DNA of 64,000 nucleotides from Candidatus Moraniibacteriota bacterium (GTDB lineage Bacteria; Patescibacteriota; Minisyncoccia; Moranbacterales; UBA1568): NCBI GenBank assembly GCA_037133435.1, contig JBAXOD010000002.1, positions 23,545 to 87,544 of the forward strand, read 5' to 3'. Shown piece by piece: positions 63,560 to 64,000 of this stretch (position 1 is its first letter; each line of letters starts with the position of its first letter). The notes under the pieces were generated by a model. It saw only the letters and a program-made list of their open reading frames with translations, ran no database searches and was not told where the DNA came from. The position numbers and the translations under genes were made by a program.

Positions 63560-63988
63560 CTATCTCCCTTTCGCCTCAAGCTCTTCTGTTATGACCTTCT
63601 TGTCGTTCCACGGGATCTTCTTGTCGCCGACTTGCATGAATTCCTCGGCACCCTTGCCGGTAACGAGGAGAATGTCCCCGGCGGAAAGGAGCGACAGCCC
63701 CTTACGGATCGCCTCTCGCCGGTTTCGGATGCGAAAAAGCGTGGTTCCCGATTCCTTGTTCCGGATGCCTTCCTCCACCTCGTCGAGGATCCGCTCCGGG
63801 TCTTCGTAATACGGGTCCTCGTCGGTCAGGATGATGATGTCCGCCACCGAAGACACAATCTCGCCCATCATCGGGCGCTTACCCCGATCCCGGTCTCCGC
63901 ACGCCCCGAAGACGGAAACGATCTTCGCCCCGTCCGTTCTCATCGCGGCGACCAGCTCATACAGCTTCCCGAGCGAGTCCGGTGTCAA
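63560..63988 (-). CDS. Mur ligase family protein, C-terminal domain (MurE/MurF-type), 5' end beyond window
   Basis: GACGDRDRGKRPMMGE and ILTDEDPYYEDPERIL motifs of Mur ligase C-domain; ORF open at window edge. Confidence 0.7.
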   Translation of the reverse strand: MTPDSLGKLYELVAAMRTDGAKIVSVFGACGDRDRGKRPMMGEIVSSVADIIILTDEDPYYEDPERILDEVEEGIRNKESGTTLFRIRNRREAIRKGLSLLSAGDILLVTGKGAEEFMQVGDKKIPWNDKKVITEELEAKGR

Positions 63989-64000
63989 CGCGTAATCGAT

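Overview
This 64-kb window reads as a GC-rich (~58%) bacterial chromosome segment. It combines housekeeping genes, dense tRNA loci with unusual tRNA-derived repeats, and two gene clusters that together resemble a Gram-positive/CPR-style type IV secretion (T4SS-like) apparatus.

Housekeeping genes identified: hup, rny, gpmI, clpP, tig, nusA, a short-form infB, cca, and pcrA/uvrD. There is also an NrtR-controlled NAD salvage unit (two nadM-Nudix paralogs plus nadV) and a Mur ligase at the right edge.

tRNA loci: tRNA-Gly(TCC), tRNA-Pro(TGG), tRNA-Ser(CGA), tRNA-Pro(CGG) and tRNA-Leu(TAG). Four of the five are accompanied by partial or degenerate copies of themselves. These include tandem 'acceptor/T-arm-mimic' units next to tRNA-Gly and tRNA-Ser, duplicated halves of tRNA-Pro, a 5' tRNA-Leu copy with a D-loop insertion, and a 62-nt 5' tRNA-Ser copy placed upstream of a small GIY-YIG gene.

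Candidate T4SS-like system (the most system-like accessory content):
- A tandem array of five paralogous VirB2/TrbC-like pilin genes at 14.5-17.6 kb. It is preceded by a lower-GC segment carrying two unknown membrane proteins.
- An 11-gene minus-strand cluster at 35.7-49.3 kb. It contains a VirB4-like ATPase with a Pro/Ala-rich N-terminal extension, a PrgI-like protein, a VirB6-like polytopic protein, a Pro-rich repeat protein, an 865-aa surface protein, and a CPBP protease.
- The cluster is followed by a tyrosine recombinase bracketed by AT-rich direct repeats, and a LysM-CHAP cell-wall hydrolase.
- No relaxase or VirD4 coupling protein is visible.

Other noteworthy items:
- A tandem pair of divergent beta-carbonic-anhydrase-like paralogs, one of which lacks the Zn-ligand histidine.
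- A Glf-like mutase flanked by GT-C membrane glycosyltransferases.
- A 155-bp MITE-like element present three times.
- A hairpin repeat family (CAGGGT-loop-ACCCTG) at three loci.
- A recurring G/T-rich TTGTCAGTGGTTAG motif.
- One IS element with a DDE transposase and multiple subterminal repeats.

All calls are from reading the sequence and the ORF translations. No database search was possible, so family assignments rest on recognised motifs.
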